Part shown: positions 40,418 through 49,465 of the stretch, piece after piece
Position numbering within the stretch: position 1 is the first letter of the stretch
Layout: each line of letters opens with the position of its first letter
NCBI GenBank assembly: GCA_049799275.1
Contig: JBARHO010000069.1
Span: forward strand, 1-53,953
Source: Thermoplasmata archaeon
GTDB lineage: Archaea; Thermoplasmatota; Thermoplasmata; Lutacidiplasmatales; UBA184
Direction: 5' to 3'
DNA: 53,953 nt
Made by a program: the position numbers and the translations under genes
Notes under the pieces: model-generated
What the model saw: only the letters and a program-made list of their open reading frames with translations
What the model was told of the DNA's origin: nothing
The model's database searches: none

Positions 40418-42148
40418 ATGTTGACGTCTCATTCCCGGGCCGTCCTCTTCCTGTCGATAGCCGCGACGCTGCTGGTGGTCCTTTCCAGCCTCGGGGCGTG
40501 GGGATCCGGCCCTGCACGGACGGAGAACGGTCCGGGTTCCGCGACCAAGATCGGTCCCGGGCCATTGACCCCATCCTTCCGGCACATACCCGTTCCCATG
40601 CTACGGTCCGGTCCGACGAGGCCGCTCGTTGGGAAGGCCCGTCCACCTGCGCCCAATTCCGTGGTCGCGACGGTCCCGGTCGGGACCTTCCCCGCTTTCC
40701 AAGCTATCGACGCCGCGAATCATGACATCTACGTGGTCAACGAGGCTACCAACAACGTGAGCGTGATCAGCGGTACCACGAACCGAGTGGTCGCGACGGT
40801 CCCGGTGGGTTCGGAGCCGTATGCCGTAGGGTACGATGCGGTGAACCTCGATATCTACGTGATGAACGCCAACTCGGACAATGTGAGCGTCATCGCTGGG
40901 GCCACGAACCACGTGGTCGCGACGATCCCCGTCGGGTCCGACCCCAATTACTTGGCCGTCGACAACGCGAACGACGACATCTACGTAACGAACACCGTGT
41001 CCGATACCGTGAGCGTCATCGCTGGGGCCACGAACCAATTGCTCACGACGGTCCCCGTTGGCGTCTACCCCTATTACCTGGCGATCGACACCTCCAACCA
41101 CGACATCTACGTGACCAACGGCGGTACCGACAACGTGAGCGTGATCAGCGGTACGACGAACCTGGCGGTCGGAGCGATCCCGGTCGGGACCGACCCCGAT
41201 CCCGTGGCGGTCGACGCCTCGAACCTCGACATCTACGTGGTGAACACCGAGTCGGACAACGTGAGCGTGATCGACGGAACGACGAACCTGGTGGTCGCGA
41301 CGGTCCCCATCGGGTCCGACGCCAACTACGTGGCCGTCGACCCCGCGAACCACGATATCTATGTGGTCAATGCCGGCTCCGACAACATCAGCGTCATCGA
41401 CGGGACGACGAACCGGCTGGTCGCGACGGTCCCCGTCGGGACCTACCCCCTGTACCTCGCGTTCGCCACCTCGAACCACGATGTCTACGTGCCCAACTTC
41501 CTTTCCGAGAACGTGAGCGTCATCGATGGGGTGACGAGCGCGGTGGTCGCCTCGGTCCCGGTGGGGCTCTTTTCCGGTGCGGTTGCGTTCGACCCGATCA
41601 ATGATGAGGTCTACGTATCGAACTCGGCCTCCAACACGGTGAGCGTGATCTACGCGCCGCCGACCTATTCGCTCAGCTTCGTCGAGTCGGGCCTCCCGAG
41701 CGGGCACGAATGGAACGTGACCCTCCTCCATGTCGGAAAGATCGCGACCACGACGAGCACGATCGGGTTCGCCGTCCCGAACGGAACGTACTCCTATCAG
41801 ATCGCCGTTGGACATCCCCAGGATGGCTACAAGACGGCGTTCAACGGGACGGTGACGGTGAGCGGGGCCCCCGAGACGGTGAAGGTCGTGTTCACCCAGC
41901 AGCAGTACAAAGTCACCTTCGAGGAGACCGGGCTCGCGAGCGGAACGAAGTGGACGGTGGCGACGGGGACAGGCCCGAAGACGGTGTCGGGGAGCTCAGC
42001 GAACCTGACCATCATGCTGCCGAACGGTACGATCCGGTGGACGGCCAGCGCGAGCGGCTACGACAGCCCCACGGGCACGGTGACGGTGAACGGATCCGGG
42101 GCCACGGTCCTGGTGACCTTCACCTCGGCGATCGGTCGGCCTCCTTAG
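40418..42148 (+). CDS. secreted YVTN beta-propeller repeat protein with two C-terminal GLPxGxxWxV beta-sandwich repeats
   Basis: Signal/anchor sequence (AVLFLSIAATLLVVLSSLGAWG). Eight 42-aa units of type VVATVPVGSxPxxVAxDxxNxDIYVxNxxSDNVSVIxGTTN are followed by ESGLPSGHEWNVTL... and ETGLASGTKWTVA... modules. Confidence 0.85.
   Translation: MLTSHSRAVLFLSIAATLLVVLSSLGAWGSGPARTENGPGSATKIGPGPLTPSFRHIPVPMLRSGPTRPLVGKARPPAPNSVVATVPVGTFPAFQAIDAANHDIYVVNEATNNVSVISGTTNRVVATVPVGSEPYAVGYDAVNLDIYVMNANSDNVSVIAGATNHVVATIPVGSDPNYLAVDNANDDIYVTNTVSDTVSVIAGATNQLLTTVPVGVYPYYLAIDTSNHDIYVTNGGTDNVSVISGTTNLAVGAIPVGTDPDPVAVDASNLDIYVVNTESDNVSVIDGTTNLVVATVPIGSDANYVAVDPANHDIYVVNAGSDNISVIDGTTNRLVATVPVGTYPLYLAFATSNHDVYVPNFLSENVSVIDGVTSAVVASVPVGLFSGAVAFDPINDEVYVSNSASNTVSVIYAPPTYSLSFVESGLPSGHEWNVTLLHVGKIATTTSTIGFAVPNGTYSYQIAVGHPQDGYKTAFNGTVTVSGAPETVKVVFTQQQYKVTFEETGLASGTKWTVATGTGPKTVSGSSANLTIMLPNGTIRWTASASGYDSPTGTVTVNGSGATVLVTFTSAIGRPP
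40661..41668 (+). repeat. eight tandem 126-nt coding repeats (YVTN units)
   Basis: The marker GTGAGCGT (once ATCAGCGT) recurs at 40757, 40883, 41009, 41135, 41261, 41387, 41513 and 41639, an exact 126-nt period. Confidence 0.85.
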
Positions 42149-42174
42149 ATCCATCCCCCGCGCCGCGACACGGC

Positions 42175-42558
42175 TCACGTCCGGGCCGTTGTCCGAACGT
42201 CCCCTCCCACGGCGGCCGACCCCGGCGGCAGGGCCGTTCCCTCCACGTCGCGCTTCAGTCGGGTCAGCAGCTCCACCGAAGGCCGGGCATACTGACTGAT
42301 CCAGCGATCGTAGATGCGTTGGATGGGGACCGCATTGAGGTGGTTCCATCGGAACCGACCTTCTCGGCGGACGATGATCAGGTCGGCTCGGGCGAGCACG
42401 CGCAGGTGCTTCATCGTGGTGCACCGATCGAGCGGGCTCATCTCGTCGCAGAGCTGACCTGTCGTCATCGCCTGGTCCCCGAGCCGATCCAGGATCTGCC
42501 GTCGAGTGCGATCGGCCAGCGCCCGGAAGACCCTCTCGGGTCGCTCATCGCGAACCAT
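42175..42558 (-). CDS. ArsR/SmtB family transcriptional regulator
   Basis: VFRALADRTRRQILDRL...MTTGQLCDEM...TTMKHLRVLARADLI is an ArsR wHTH. Confidence 0.85.
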   Translation of the reverse strand: MVRDERPERVFRALADRTRRQILDRLGDQAMTTGQLCDEMSPLDRCTTMKHLRVLARADLIIVRREGRFRWNHLNAVPIQRIYDRWISQYARPSVELLTRLKRDVEGTALPPGSAAVGGDVRTTART

Positions 42559-42571
42559 CTCCTCGCTCCAG

Positions 42572-42595
42572 ATATGTTACCATTTAGTAACATAT
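42572..42595. promoter_or_regulatory. candidate ArsR operator: 9-bp perfect inverted repeat with 6-nt spacer
   Basis: ATATGTTAC-CATTTA-GTAACATAT lies in the 73-nt divergent gap and overlaps the AT-rich CATATATATT box upstream of 42632. Confidence 0.55.
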
Positions 42596-42631
42596 ATATT
42601 CTCGCCATCCCTGGGGCCTACCGGGGCGGAA

Positions 42632-43084
42632 ATGGAGGTCAAGTTCGAAGTGCACGTGAAGGTCCGGAAACCCGTTGCCGAGGTCTTCGAAGCGGTCTAC
42701 GATCCGAAGACGCTGAGCCGCTACTTCACGACGGGCGGCGCGAGCGGCCCCTTGAAGGAAGGCACCACCGTGACCTGGCAGTTCGCCGACGGTCCCGACG
42801 GCGGTACCCCCCGATTCCCGGTGGCTGTGACGCAGGTGGTCCCCGAACGGCTGATCGCGCTCGAGTGGAAGGCGCAGGATGGGGATTACACGACCCGGGT
42901 GGAGGTGAAGTTCGAGCCCCTGGGTCCATCGGCGACCATGGTCAGCATCTCGGAATCGGGTTGGCGGGACACGCCGGAGGGCCGGAGCAGCTCGTACGAC
43001 AATTGCGGCGGGTGGATGCAGATGGCGAGCTGCCTCAAGGCCTACCTCGAGTACGGGATCAACCTTCGCGAAGGGTTCTTCTGA
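42632..43084 (+). CDS. SRPBCC / AHSA1 (Aha1-like) domain protein
   Basis: Internal ATG of ORF 42506..43084. VRKPVAEVFEAVYDPKTLSRYF...ESGW...GGWMQMASCLKAYLEYG fits the AHSA1 family, which is commonly paired with ArsR. Confidence 0.8.
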   Translation: MEVKFEVHVKVRKPVAEVFEAVYDPKTLSRYFTTGGASGPLKEGTTVTWQFADGPDGGTPRFPVAVTQVVPERLIALEWKAQDGDYTTRVEVKFEPLGPSATMVSISESGWRDTPEGRSSSYDNCGGWMQMASCLKAYLEYGINLREGFF

Positions 43085-43237
43085 ACGGGGAACGGGCCCG
43101 TCGCCACCGGACCCGAGGCCGTGCGTTCGACTCCAAGAGGTCCGCCGTACTTTCGACGCCCTCAGGGGTCGCTCCGTCCTTCGCGGGAGTGCCGAAGGAT
43201 TGATCCACGGCCTGGGGTTCGCCCGGCCGGGGAACGA

Positions 43238-43528
43238 ATGTCGGCCTACCTGATCGCCCAGATCCACTGGCATGACCAAGAGAAGGCCAAGGAATACCGT
43301 GAGAAGCTCGGACCGACCCTTCAGAAGCACGGGGCTCGGACCCTCTATGCCGGCGAACCTCACGTGCTCGAGGGGGAGTGGGATCCCCTCCGGACCGTTC
43401 TGATCGAGTTCCCGAACATGGAGGCCCTCCGAGCCTGGTATGATTCCGAGGAGTACGCCCCCTTGATCCAGTTACGAAAGCAAGCCGGCACGACGAACAT
43501 GGTCGCCGTAGAGCAGCCGGCGGGCTGA
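43238..43528 (+). CDS. DUF1330 domain protein
   Basis: Internal ATG of ORF 43121..43528. MSAYLIAQI...VLIEFPNMEALRAWYDSEEYAPLIQLRK matches the DUF1330 consensus. Confidence 0.8.
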   Translation: MSAYLIAQIHWHDQEKAKEYREKLGPTLQKHGARTLYAGEPHVLEGEWDPLRTVLIEFPNMEALRAWYDSEEYAPLIQLRKQAGTTNMVAVEQPAG

Positions 43529-43766
43529 CCCGACACCAAGAGCCGCTCAGGGTCGGGAAAGGGTAGGTCCTCGCGGGGCCGCCTCCTGACCGGCGGGAAG
43601 CGCGGTCTGGCCGGATGTTCTGCCCCGCGGGGACTGGGGTCAGGCCTTGATCTCGGGATCGATCTCGATCGTCCTCCGTTCAGCTAGGTCCGGTCATGTG
43701 GGATGCTCGTATTCGCCTGTACCCGAGTCCCTCTCGAGGTCCTCCGGATGGTCCCTCGCCCTCGAT

Positions 43767-45281
43767 CTACAGTGGCGGGACGCACTCGGCGGGCACTCCC
43801 TGCACACCGGAAATATCCGCGCCTACCGCGGTGATGTAGTTCGGAGCTCCGCAGGCCGCGTCGTAGAACGCATCGTGCGCCAGGTCGGCCCCGTCAAAGT
43901 TGGTCTCTTGGCCGGCCGTCGGCCCCAGACCGACCAACACCGCACCGGTCAGGTCACTATCGGGTAGGCTCGCTCCTCGCAGCTGAGCTCCCTGAAGGTC
44001 CGCGCCGGAGAGATCGACCTCCAACAGATCGGCGCCCGCCAGGTGGGCCCCCTGAAGGTCCGCTCCGTTCAGGTCGGCGTACTGCAGGCTCGCACCTCGG
44101 AGATTGGCCCCGCTCAGGTTCGCTCCCGCGAGGTCGGCATACGCGAGGTCGTCGCTGGCCAGGTCCCGCCCCGACAGGTTCGCGCCGGGCAGGTAGGTGT
44201 GCGCGAGGTCCGCGCCCCGGGCGAACAGCCGGTCATTGAAGAACCCGGTCAGCGCCGGCCATGCCTCGGTCCCGTCGTGCCCCGTTCCGGTCGGCGGCAG
44301 CCCGAGCAACCACTCCATCGTCGAAAGGAGGTCGTAGTGCGAGCTGTTGTAGTCGAGAGCTCCCACGCCGAGCGTGTACGGGCTGACCGCCACCGTGTAG
44401 ACGGGTCCTCCTTGGAGCCCATCGTACCCGGTGAAGTTCTCGTTGCCTTCCTCATCGTACGCTTCATCGTAGGTGATGAAGATGACCGAGCTGGAGAACC
44501 ACGGCTGGGCGATCAGCTTCGGGATGAACGTCGAGAGCCAGTGGTCCCCGTACGCCGCCGAGGAGGAGTGCGCGTCGTTCAGGATGTTCGGGGCGATGTA
44601 GGTGAACGCCGGCGGGGTCTGCGAGTACGGGTAGTCCGCCGTCAGGTTGGCGATCGGGAGCACGTGCGTCATGCACGCGGAACCAGGCGTTCGTCCTCCG
44701 AGGTCGCTGTAGTACGGGAACGGATTGTGGCGCACCACATAGAGGCCGTTCGCGCTGTTGTTCTCCTGGCAGTGCTGGCCCGCGCTCTCCTCCCAGTCCA
44801 CCCACGGCAATCCCGCCTCGTCGAGCAGGTTGCCGAGGTTGTTCACCGAGTAGGTGCTGAAGGCGTCCGAGTTGCATTGGAGCGGCTGGCCGGATGTGAG
44901 CGCGAGGTAGTTCGGCGCGGACGGGTGGCAGATGGCATAGTAGCCGGCGTGGTCCGGGTTGGAGTTGGCGTCGCCGCCCCACGCGTAGGTGTTGGCGAGC
45001 TTGGTCTGGTAGGGCTGCTCCCCGTAGATGATCCCCGTCTGTTCGTTCTCCATCATGATGAGGAAGACGTGTTGGATGGGGGTCGGAAGCGTGGGGCTCG
45101 ACGGCCCCTGGCCCATGGGTTCGGCGTTCAGCGCGGCGCTCGACCCGCTCGAGCGGGCCGCGCCCAGGTCCGACCCTTGTAGCGCGCCGGCCAGCGCCGC
45201 CACCAAGAGCACGCTGACCACCGCTGTTCCCAGGCCTATTTTCCAGAGCTGACGCAATTTTTCGTTCACGTTTGGGATCAC
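43767..45281 (-). CDS. secreted phosphoesterase-family protein fused to a C-terminal pentapeptide-repeat domain
   Basis: Signal anchor (LGTAVVSVLLVAALAGAL). Contains HVFLIMMENE, SAPNYLALTSG, RHNPFPYY, APNILNDAHS and IFITYDEAYDE, then more than 100 aa of A(D/N)LxG pentapeptides. GTG start; alternative starts lie nearby. Confidence 0.8.
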   Translation of the reverse strand: MIPNVNEKLRQLWKIGLGTAVVSVLLVAALAGALQGSDLGAARSSGSSAALNAEPMGQGPSSPTLPTPIQHVFLIMMENEQTGIIYGEQPYQTKLANTYAWGGDANSNPDHAGYYAICHPSAPNYLALTSGQPLQCNSDAFSTYSVNNLGNLLDEAGLPWVDWEESAGQHCQENNSANGLYVVRHNPFPYYSDLGGRTPGSACMTHVLPIANLTADYPYSQTPPAFTYIAPNILNDAHSSSAAYGDHWLSTFIPKLIAQPWFSSSVIFITYDEAYDEEGNENFTGYDGLQGGPVYTVAVSPYTLGVGALDYNSSHYDLLSTMEWLLGLPPTGTGHDGTEAWPALTGFFNDRLFARGADLAHTYLPGANLSGRDLASDDLAYADLAGANLSGANLRGASLQYADLNGADLQGAHLAGADLLEVDLSGADLQGAQLRGASLPDSDLTGAVLVGLGPTAGQETNFDGADLAHDAFYDAACGAPNYITAVGADISGVQGVPAECVPPL

Positions 45282-45538
45282 CCCAAATAAATATAGAAAG
45301 TTAAAATATAAATTCTTCAGCCCAGTTACTATATAGAAACTGGTTCAACGCGGATCCGACCTCCGCAGCGCCTGCCCACCACCGAGGAGCGACCCGTCTC
45401 TGGGCACGTACTGCCGGGCTGGGGGTCAACGGGCGGTCTACTTCGGTCCTACCCGGTGGACCGAGGTAGGTATGCGGTGCGATCGCGCCTACAGGGCGTT
45501 TCATGATCCCCCCGCATCCGCTTTAGGGTCGTCCGATC

Positions 45539-45946
45539 ATGGCCCTCCGAGAACCCATGAGCGGCGAAGTCTGTCACTTTGAGCTACCCGCGGACGACAC
45601 GGAGCGAGCGCGAAAGTTCTACTCTTCGACCTTCGGATGGAAAGTAACGAAGATGCCGGAGATGGACTACACCATGGTCACGACCGGGACGCTCGATGAC
45701 AAAGGGATGCCCAACGAACCGGGGGTCATCGGGGGCGGCATCGCCAAGCGCGGCGGCCAGGTCGTCCATCCGGTCGTGACCATCCTGGTCGATGACATCA
45801 CCGCCGTTCAGAAGACGATCGAGAAGAACGGTGGGAAGATCCTCCAGCCGAAGCAGCCGATCGGCGATGGGAGCATGGGCTACACCGGATATTTCAAGGA
45901 CAGCGAGGGGAACGTGGTCGGCCTCTATACGATGCCGAAGCGCTAA
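45539..45946 (+). CDS. VOC/glyoxalase family protein
   Basis: HFELPADDTERARKFYSSTFGWK...GYFKDSEGNVVGLY is the typical glyoxalase/bleomycin-resistance fold signature. Confidence 0.85.
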   Translation: MALREPMSGEVCHFELPADDTERARKFYSSTFGWKVTKMPEMDYTMVTTGTLDDKGMPNEPGVIGGGIAKRGGQVVHPVVTILVDDITAVQKTIEKNGGKILQPKQPIGDGSMGYTGYFKDSEGNVVGLYTMPKR

Positions 45947-46083
45947 CGTCGCTCGATATCGTCCCGAGCCCCCTACCGGCGACGCGCGATCTGGCGTCGC
46001 CGGCTCCCTTGTCCCCATCCGCACGACGACCCGGTCCACGCAAGGTTCACAAAGAAGAGGAGCGCTCGCTCCGCGAGCGACCC

Positions 46084-46518
46084 ATGTCCGATATCGAGGA
46101 GCTGCTGGCGGGCGATACGATCCAGGCCTACGACGCGATGCGGGCCTTACGACCGGGGATCGGGACCCCTTCGGAGTTCACCGAGCGGGTCAACGGGCGG
46201 TTGCGGCCCGAAGGATACCGCCTGGTCGTCGCCCGGGAAGGGGACCGGGTCGTGGCCGTGGCGGGGTTCCGGATCGGCCATGATCTCTGCTTTGGAAGGT
46301 ACCTCTACGTCGACGACCTGTCGACCCATCCGGATCACCGTGGCCGAGGTCACGCCGGCCGCATCCTCGATTGGTTGATCGCCGAGGCGCGGCGCACCGG
46401 GTGCGATCAGTTCGAGCTGGATTCCGCGACCCGGCCGGAGCGCGACGACGCGTACCGATTGTACCTGAACAAGCGGCTGGCGATCCGCGCCATGCATTTC
46501 AACCGACCCTTGCCCTGA
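46084..46518 (+). CDS. GNAT family N-acetyltransferase
   Basis: Internal ATG of ORF 46009..46518. LYVDDLSTHPDHRGRGHAGRILDWL is the acetyl-CoA binding motif A (R/Q-x-x-G-x-G/A). Confidence 0.85.
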   Translation: MSDIEELLAGDTIQAYDAMRALRPGIGTPSEFTERVNGRLRPEGYRLVVAREGDRVVAVAGFRIGHDLCFGRYLYVDDLSTHPDHRGRGHAGRILDWLIAEARRTGCDQFELDSATRPERDDAYRLYLNKRLAIRAMHFNRPLP

Positions 46519-46557
46519 CCGGCCGGGAACGCGGGTCGGGGCCGTCCTCGAACGGGC

Positions 46558-49329
46558 CTACCGCTTGCGGACCCGACCCAGCACGTACGGCAGGATCCCT
46601 CCGGCCCGGTAGTACGCGAGCTCCACCTCCGAGTCGATCCGACATCGGACGCGGAACCGGCGCGCGGGCCCGTCGTCGGGCTCGGCCGTGACCTCGAGCT
46701 CGGTGCGAGCGGTGAGGATCTCTCCTTCGGTCAGGGCGAGGGTGTACCGCTCGCGTCCGGTGAGACCGAGCTCGGTGGCCCCTTCGCCGGCGTGGAACTG
46801 GAGAGGAAGTACGCCCATCCCGACCAGGTTCCCCCGGTGGATCCGTTCGTAGTCCTTCGCGATCACCGCTTGGACGCCCAGCAGCCGGGGACCCTTCGCC
46901 GCCCAATCGCGGGAGCTGCCCTGTCCGTAGCCCGAGCCCGCCATCACGATGAGGGGGACCTGGTCCTTCCGGTACCGCTCGGCCGCCTCGAAGATGGTCA
47001 TGCCCTCGCCCGAGGGGAAGTGGACCGTCCATCCGCCCTCCTTGGGGGCCGCCAGGAGATTGATAAGGCGCACGTTCGCGAAGGTGCCACGGACCATGAC
47101 CTCATGGTTCCCCCGCCGGGCCCCGTAGGTGTTGAACTCCCGCATCGGCACGCCGTGCTGTTCGAGGTACGCTCCCGCCGGGCTCGTCTGAGGGATCTCG
47201 CCGGCGGGTGAGATATGGTCCGTCGACACCCGATCCCCCAGGATGGCGAGAGCACGCGCCCCGGTGAGGAGCGGACGGCCCTGGAAGGGCGGCTCGGGCA
47301 GCGCGAAGTACGGGGGGTTCTGGACGTAGGTCGATGCCGGGTCCCAGGGATAGATCGTGCCCCCCGGCACCTGGAGCGCCTCCCAGTGCTGATCCCCTTG
47401 GGAGATGGTCCGGTACTTCTCCTGGAAGATCGACGGGTCCAGATGTGCCTCGACGAGCTGGCGGATCTCCTCCGCCTTCGGCCACAGGTCCCGAAGGTAC
47501 ACGGGGTGTCCGTCCGGGCTCTGGCCCAGGGGCTCGCGCGTGAGGTCGATGTCCATCCGCCCGGCGAGCGCGAAGGCGACGACCAGCATCGGGGAGGCCA
47601 GGAAGTTGGCGCGGACGAGGTTCTGGATCCGGGCCTCGAAGTTACGGTTCCCGCTCAGCACCGCGGCCACGTAGGCGTCCTCTTCGAGTACCGCCTTCTC
47701 GACCGCCGGGATCAACGGTCCACTGTTGCCGATGCAGGTCGTGCACCCGTAACCCACGATGTCGAACCCGATCGCCTCGAGGTCGGGAAGGAGCCCCGCC
47801 CGGGTCAGGTACTCGGCCACCACCTTCGAGCCGGGGGCCATCGAGGTCTTTACGTGGGCCGGGGGATGGAGGCCGAGCTGCCGCGCCCGTCGGGCGATGA
47901 GGCCGGCGCCCATCATCACGGTCGGGTTCGAGGTGTTGGTGCAGCTAGTGATGGCCGCGATGACGGTGGACCCGTCCTGCACGCCGGGGTCCGGTCGGGA
48001 AGGGAGCGGACCACCTACTCCGCTGGCCCGGTCGACGTTCCCGTCGAACGGATGGAGCGGGTCGTCGGACGGATATTCGGGGGTCGGTCCGGGACCGCGG
48101 GCGGGTCGCGGGCGTTTGGATCGGTACTGCTCGAGGCCCACGCGGAACGCCTTCGGAAGATCGCTCAGGGCGATGGCCTCCTCGGGGTTCTTGGGCCCGG
48201 AAAGGGTCGGGACGATGCTGCCGAGGTCGATCGAGATATGGTCATCGAACTCGGGCTCGGGGTTGGACGGGTCGAACCAAAGCCCCTGGCGCTTCGCGTA
48301 GGCCGCTACGCGGTCCACGATCGCCGCCGGTCGGCCCGTTCCCCGGAGATACGCGATCGTGGCGTCGTCGATGGGAAAGAGCGCGGCCGTCGCGCCGTAC
48401 TCCGGGCACATGTTCGAGATCGTTGCCCGATCGGGGACGCTGAGCGCCGCGAGACCGGGCCCCGTGAACTCCACGAACCGCTCCACGACCCCCTTCTTGC
48501 GGAGCTCCCGGGTGACCGTCAGCACGAGGTCCGTCGCCGTGGCGCCTTCCGGGAGCTGCCCGGTCATGCGCACCCCGACGACCTGCGGAAAAGGTACGAA
48601 GGCGGGCTCTCCGAGGAGGACCGCTTCGGCCTCGATCCCTCCGACGCCCCATCCGAGGACGCCGAGACCGTTCACCATCGTCGTGTGGGAGTCCGCTCCC
48701 ACCAGGGTGTCCGGGAAGGCGTTGGTCGTACCGTTCTCGGTGCGGCGATCGACGACGGAGGCCAGGTACTCGAGGTTCACCTGGTGACAGATCCCGTTGC
48801 CAGGCGGGACCACCCGATAGTTCTGGTAGGCGTCCTGGGCCCACCGGAAGAGCGCATAGCGCTCGGAGTTCCGGTCGTACTCGCGGTCCAGGTTGATGAG
48901 CAGGGAGCCCTTCGTGCCGAAACTATCGACCTGGACCGAATGGTCGACGATGAGGTCCACCGGTATGCGAGGGTTCACCAGCAGGGGATCCAGCCCCCGG
49001 CCGGCGGCCGCGGACCGGAGCGCGGTCAGGTCGACGATGACGGGAACGCCGGTGAAATCCTGCAGAAGGACCCGGCCAGGATAGAACGGAAGTTCGTGGT
49101 CGCTCGCCGAACCCTTCCCGTTCGCAAGGGAGCGGATCAGTCCGAGGTCCATCCCCTTCGGATCGAAATGTCGGATCATGTTCTCGAGGAGGATCCGCGT
49201 GGTCAGCGGGCGCGTGAGTAGCCGCTTCGCGTCGACCTCGGGGATCCGGTCGAGGCAGTAGATGGTCGAGCGTTCCCCGCGGACCTCGAGGGTCTCGGTG
49301 ACGCCGCCTAGCTCATTGGCGCTCATCAT
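46558..49329 (-). CDS. acnA: aconitate hydratase A
   Basis: 923 aa. Contains ILLENMIRH, GADSHTTMVNGLGVLGWGVGGIEAE, TSCTNTSNP, GCTTCIGNSG and GSGYGQGSSRDWAAKG. Confidence 0.95.
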   Translation of the reverse strand: MMSANELGGVTETLEVRGERSTIYCLDRIPEVDAKRLLTRPLTTRILLENMIRHFDPKGMDLGLIRSLANGKGSASDHELPFYPGRVLLQDFTGVPVIVDLTALRSAAAGRGLDPLLVNPRIPVDLIVDHSVQVDSFGTKGSLLINLDREYDRNSERYALFRWAQDAYQNYRVVPPGNGICHQVNLEYLASVVDRRTENGTTNAFPDTLVGADSHTTMVNGLGVLGWGVGGIEAEAVLLGEPAFVPFPQVVGVRMTGQLPEGATATDLVLTVTRELRKKGVVERFVEFTGPGLAALSVPDRATISNMCPEYGATAALFPIDDATIAYLRGTGRPAAIVDRVAAYAKRQGLWFDPSNPEPEFDDHISIDLGSIVPTLSGPKNPEEAIALSDLPKAFRVGLEQYRSKRPRPARGPGPTPEYPSDDPLHPFDGNVDRASGVGGPLPSRPDPGVQDGSTVIAAITSCTNTSNPTVMMGAGLIARRARQLGLHPPAHVKTSMAPGSKVVAEYLTRAGLLPDLEAIGFDIVGYGCTTCIGNSGPLIPAVEKAVLEEDAYVAAVLSGNRNFEARIQNLVRANFLASPMLVVAFALAGRMDIDLTREPLGQSPDGHPVYLRDLWPKAEEIRQLVEAHLDPSIFQEKYRTISQGDQHWEALQVPGGTIYPWDPASTYVQNPPYFALPEPPFQGRPLLTGARALAILGDRVSTDHISPAGEIPQTSPAGAYLEQHGVPMREFNTYGARRGNHEVMVRGTFANVRLINLLAAPKEGGWTVHFPSGEGMTIFEAAERYRKDQVPLIVMAGSGYGQGSSRDWAAKGPRLLGVQAVIAKDYERIHRGNLVGMGVLPLQFHAGEGATELGLTGRERYTLALTEGEILTARTELEVTAEPDDGPARRFRVRCRIDSEVELAYYRAGGILPYVLGRVRKR

Positions 49330-49465
49330 CGCACATCCATCGCGACGGCCCGGGGCCGTCCGGGCGCTCGTAGAACGTGGGGGCTAGTTCCGCTTTGCCG
49401 TCGGACGCGGGCCAAGAGGCCGCGCTGATCGCGGGTCGACCCGGCACCACGGTCGACCGGGCGAA

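Noticed and set aside
40661-44260. CRISPR-like periodicity (126-nt period at 40.7-41.7 kb; 15-nt period at 43.8-44.25 kb)
   Set aside because: Both lie inside long ORFs and encode YVTN and pentapeptide protein repeats. There is no alternation of conserved repeats with unique spacers, no leader and no cas genes.
47215-49221. Long ORFs antisense to well-supported genes (for example 47215..49221, 18920..20566, 12395..13537, 11769..12860, 6312..7481, 36737..37546, 40601..41815, 44043..45182, 52773..53858)
   Set aside because: They are Arg/Pro/Gly/Asp-rich with no recognisable motifs, and each fully overlaps an ORF with clear family signatures on the other strand. Stop-poor antisense frames are expected in G+C-rich DNA.
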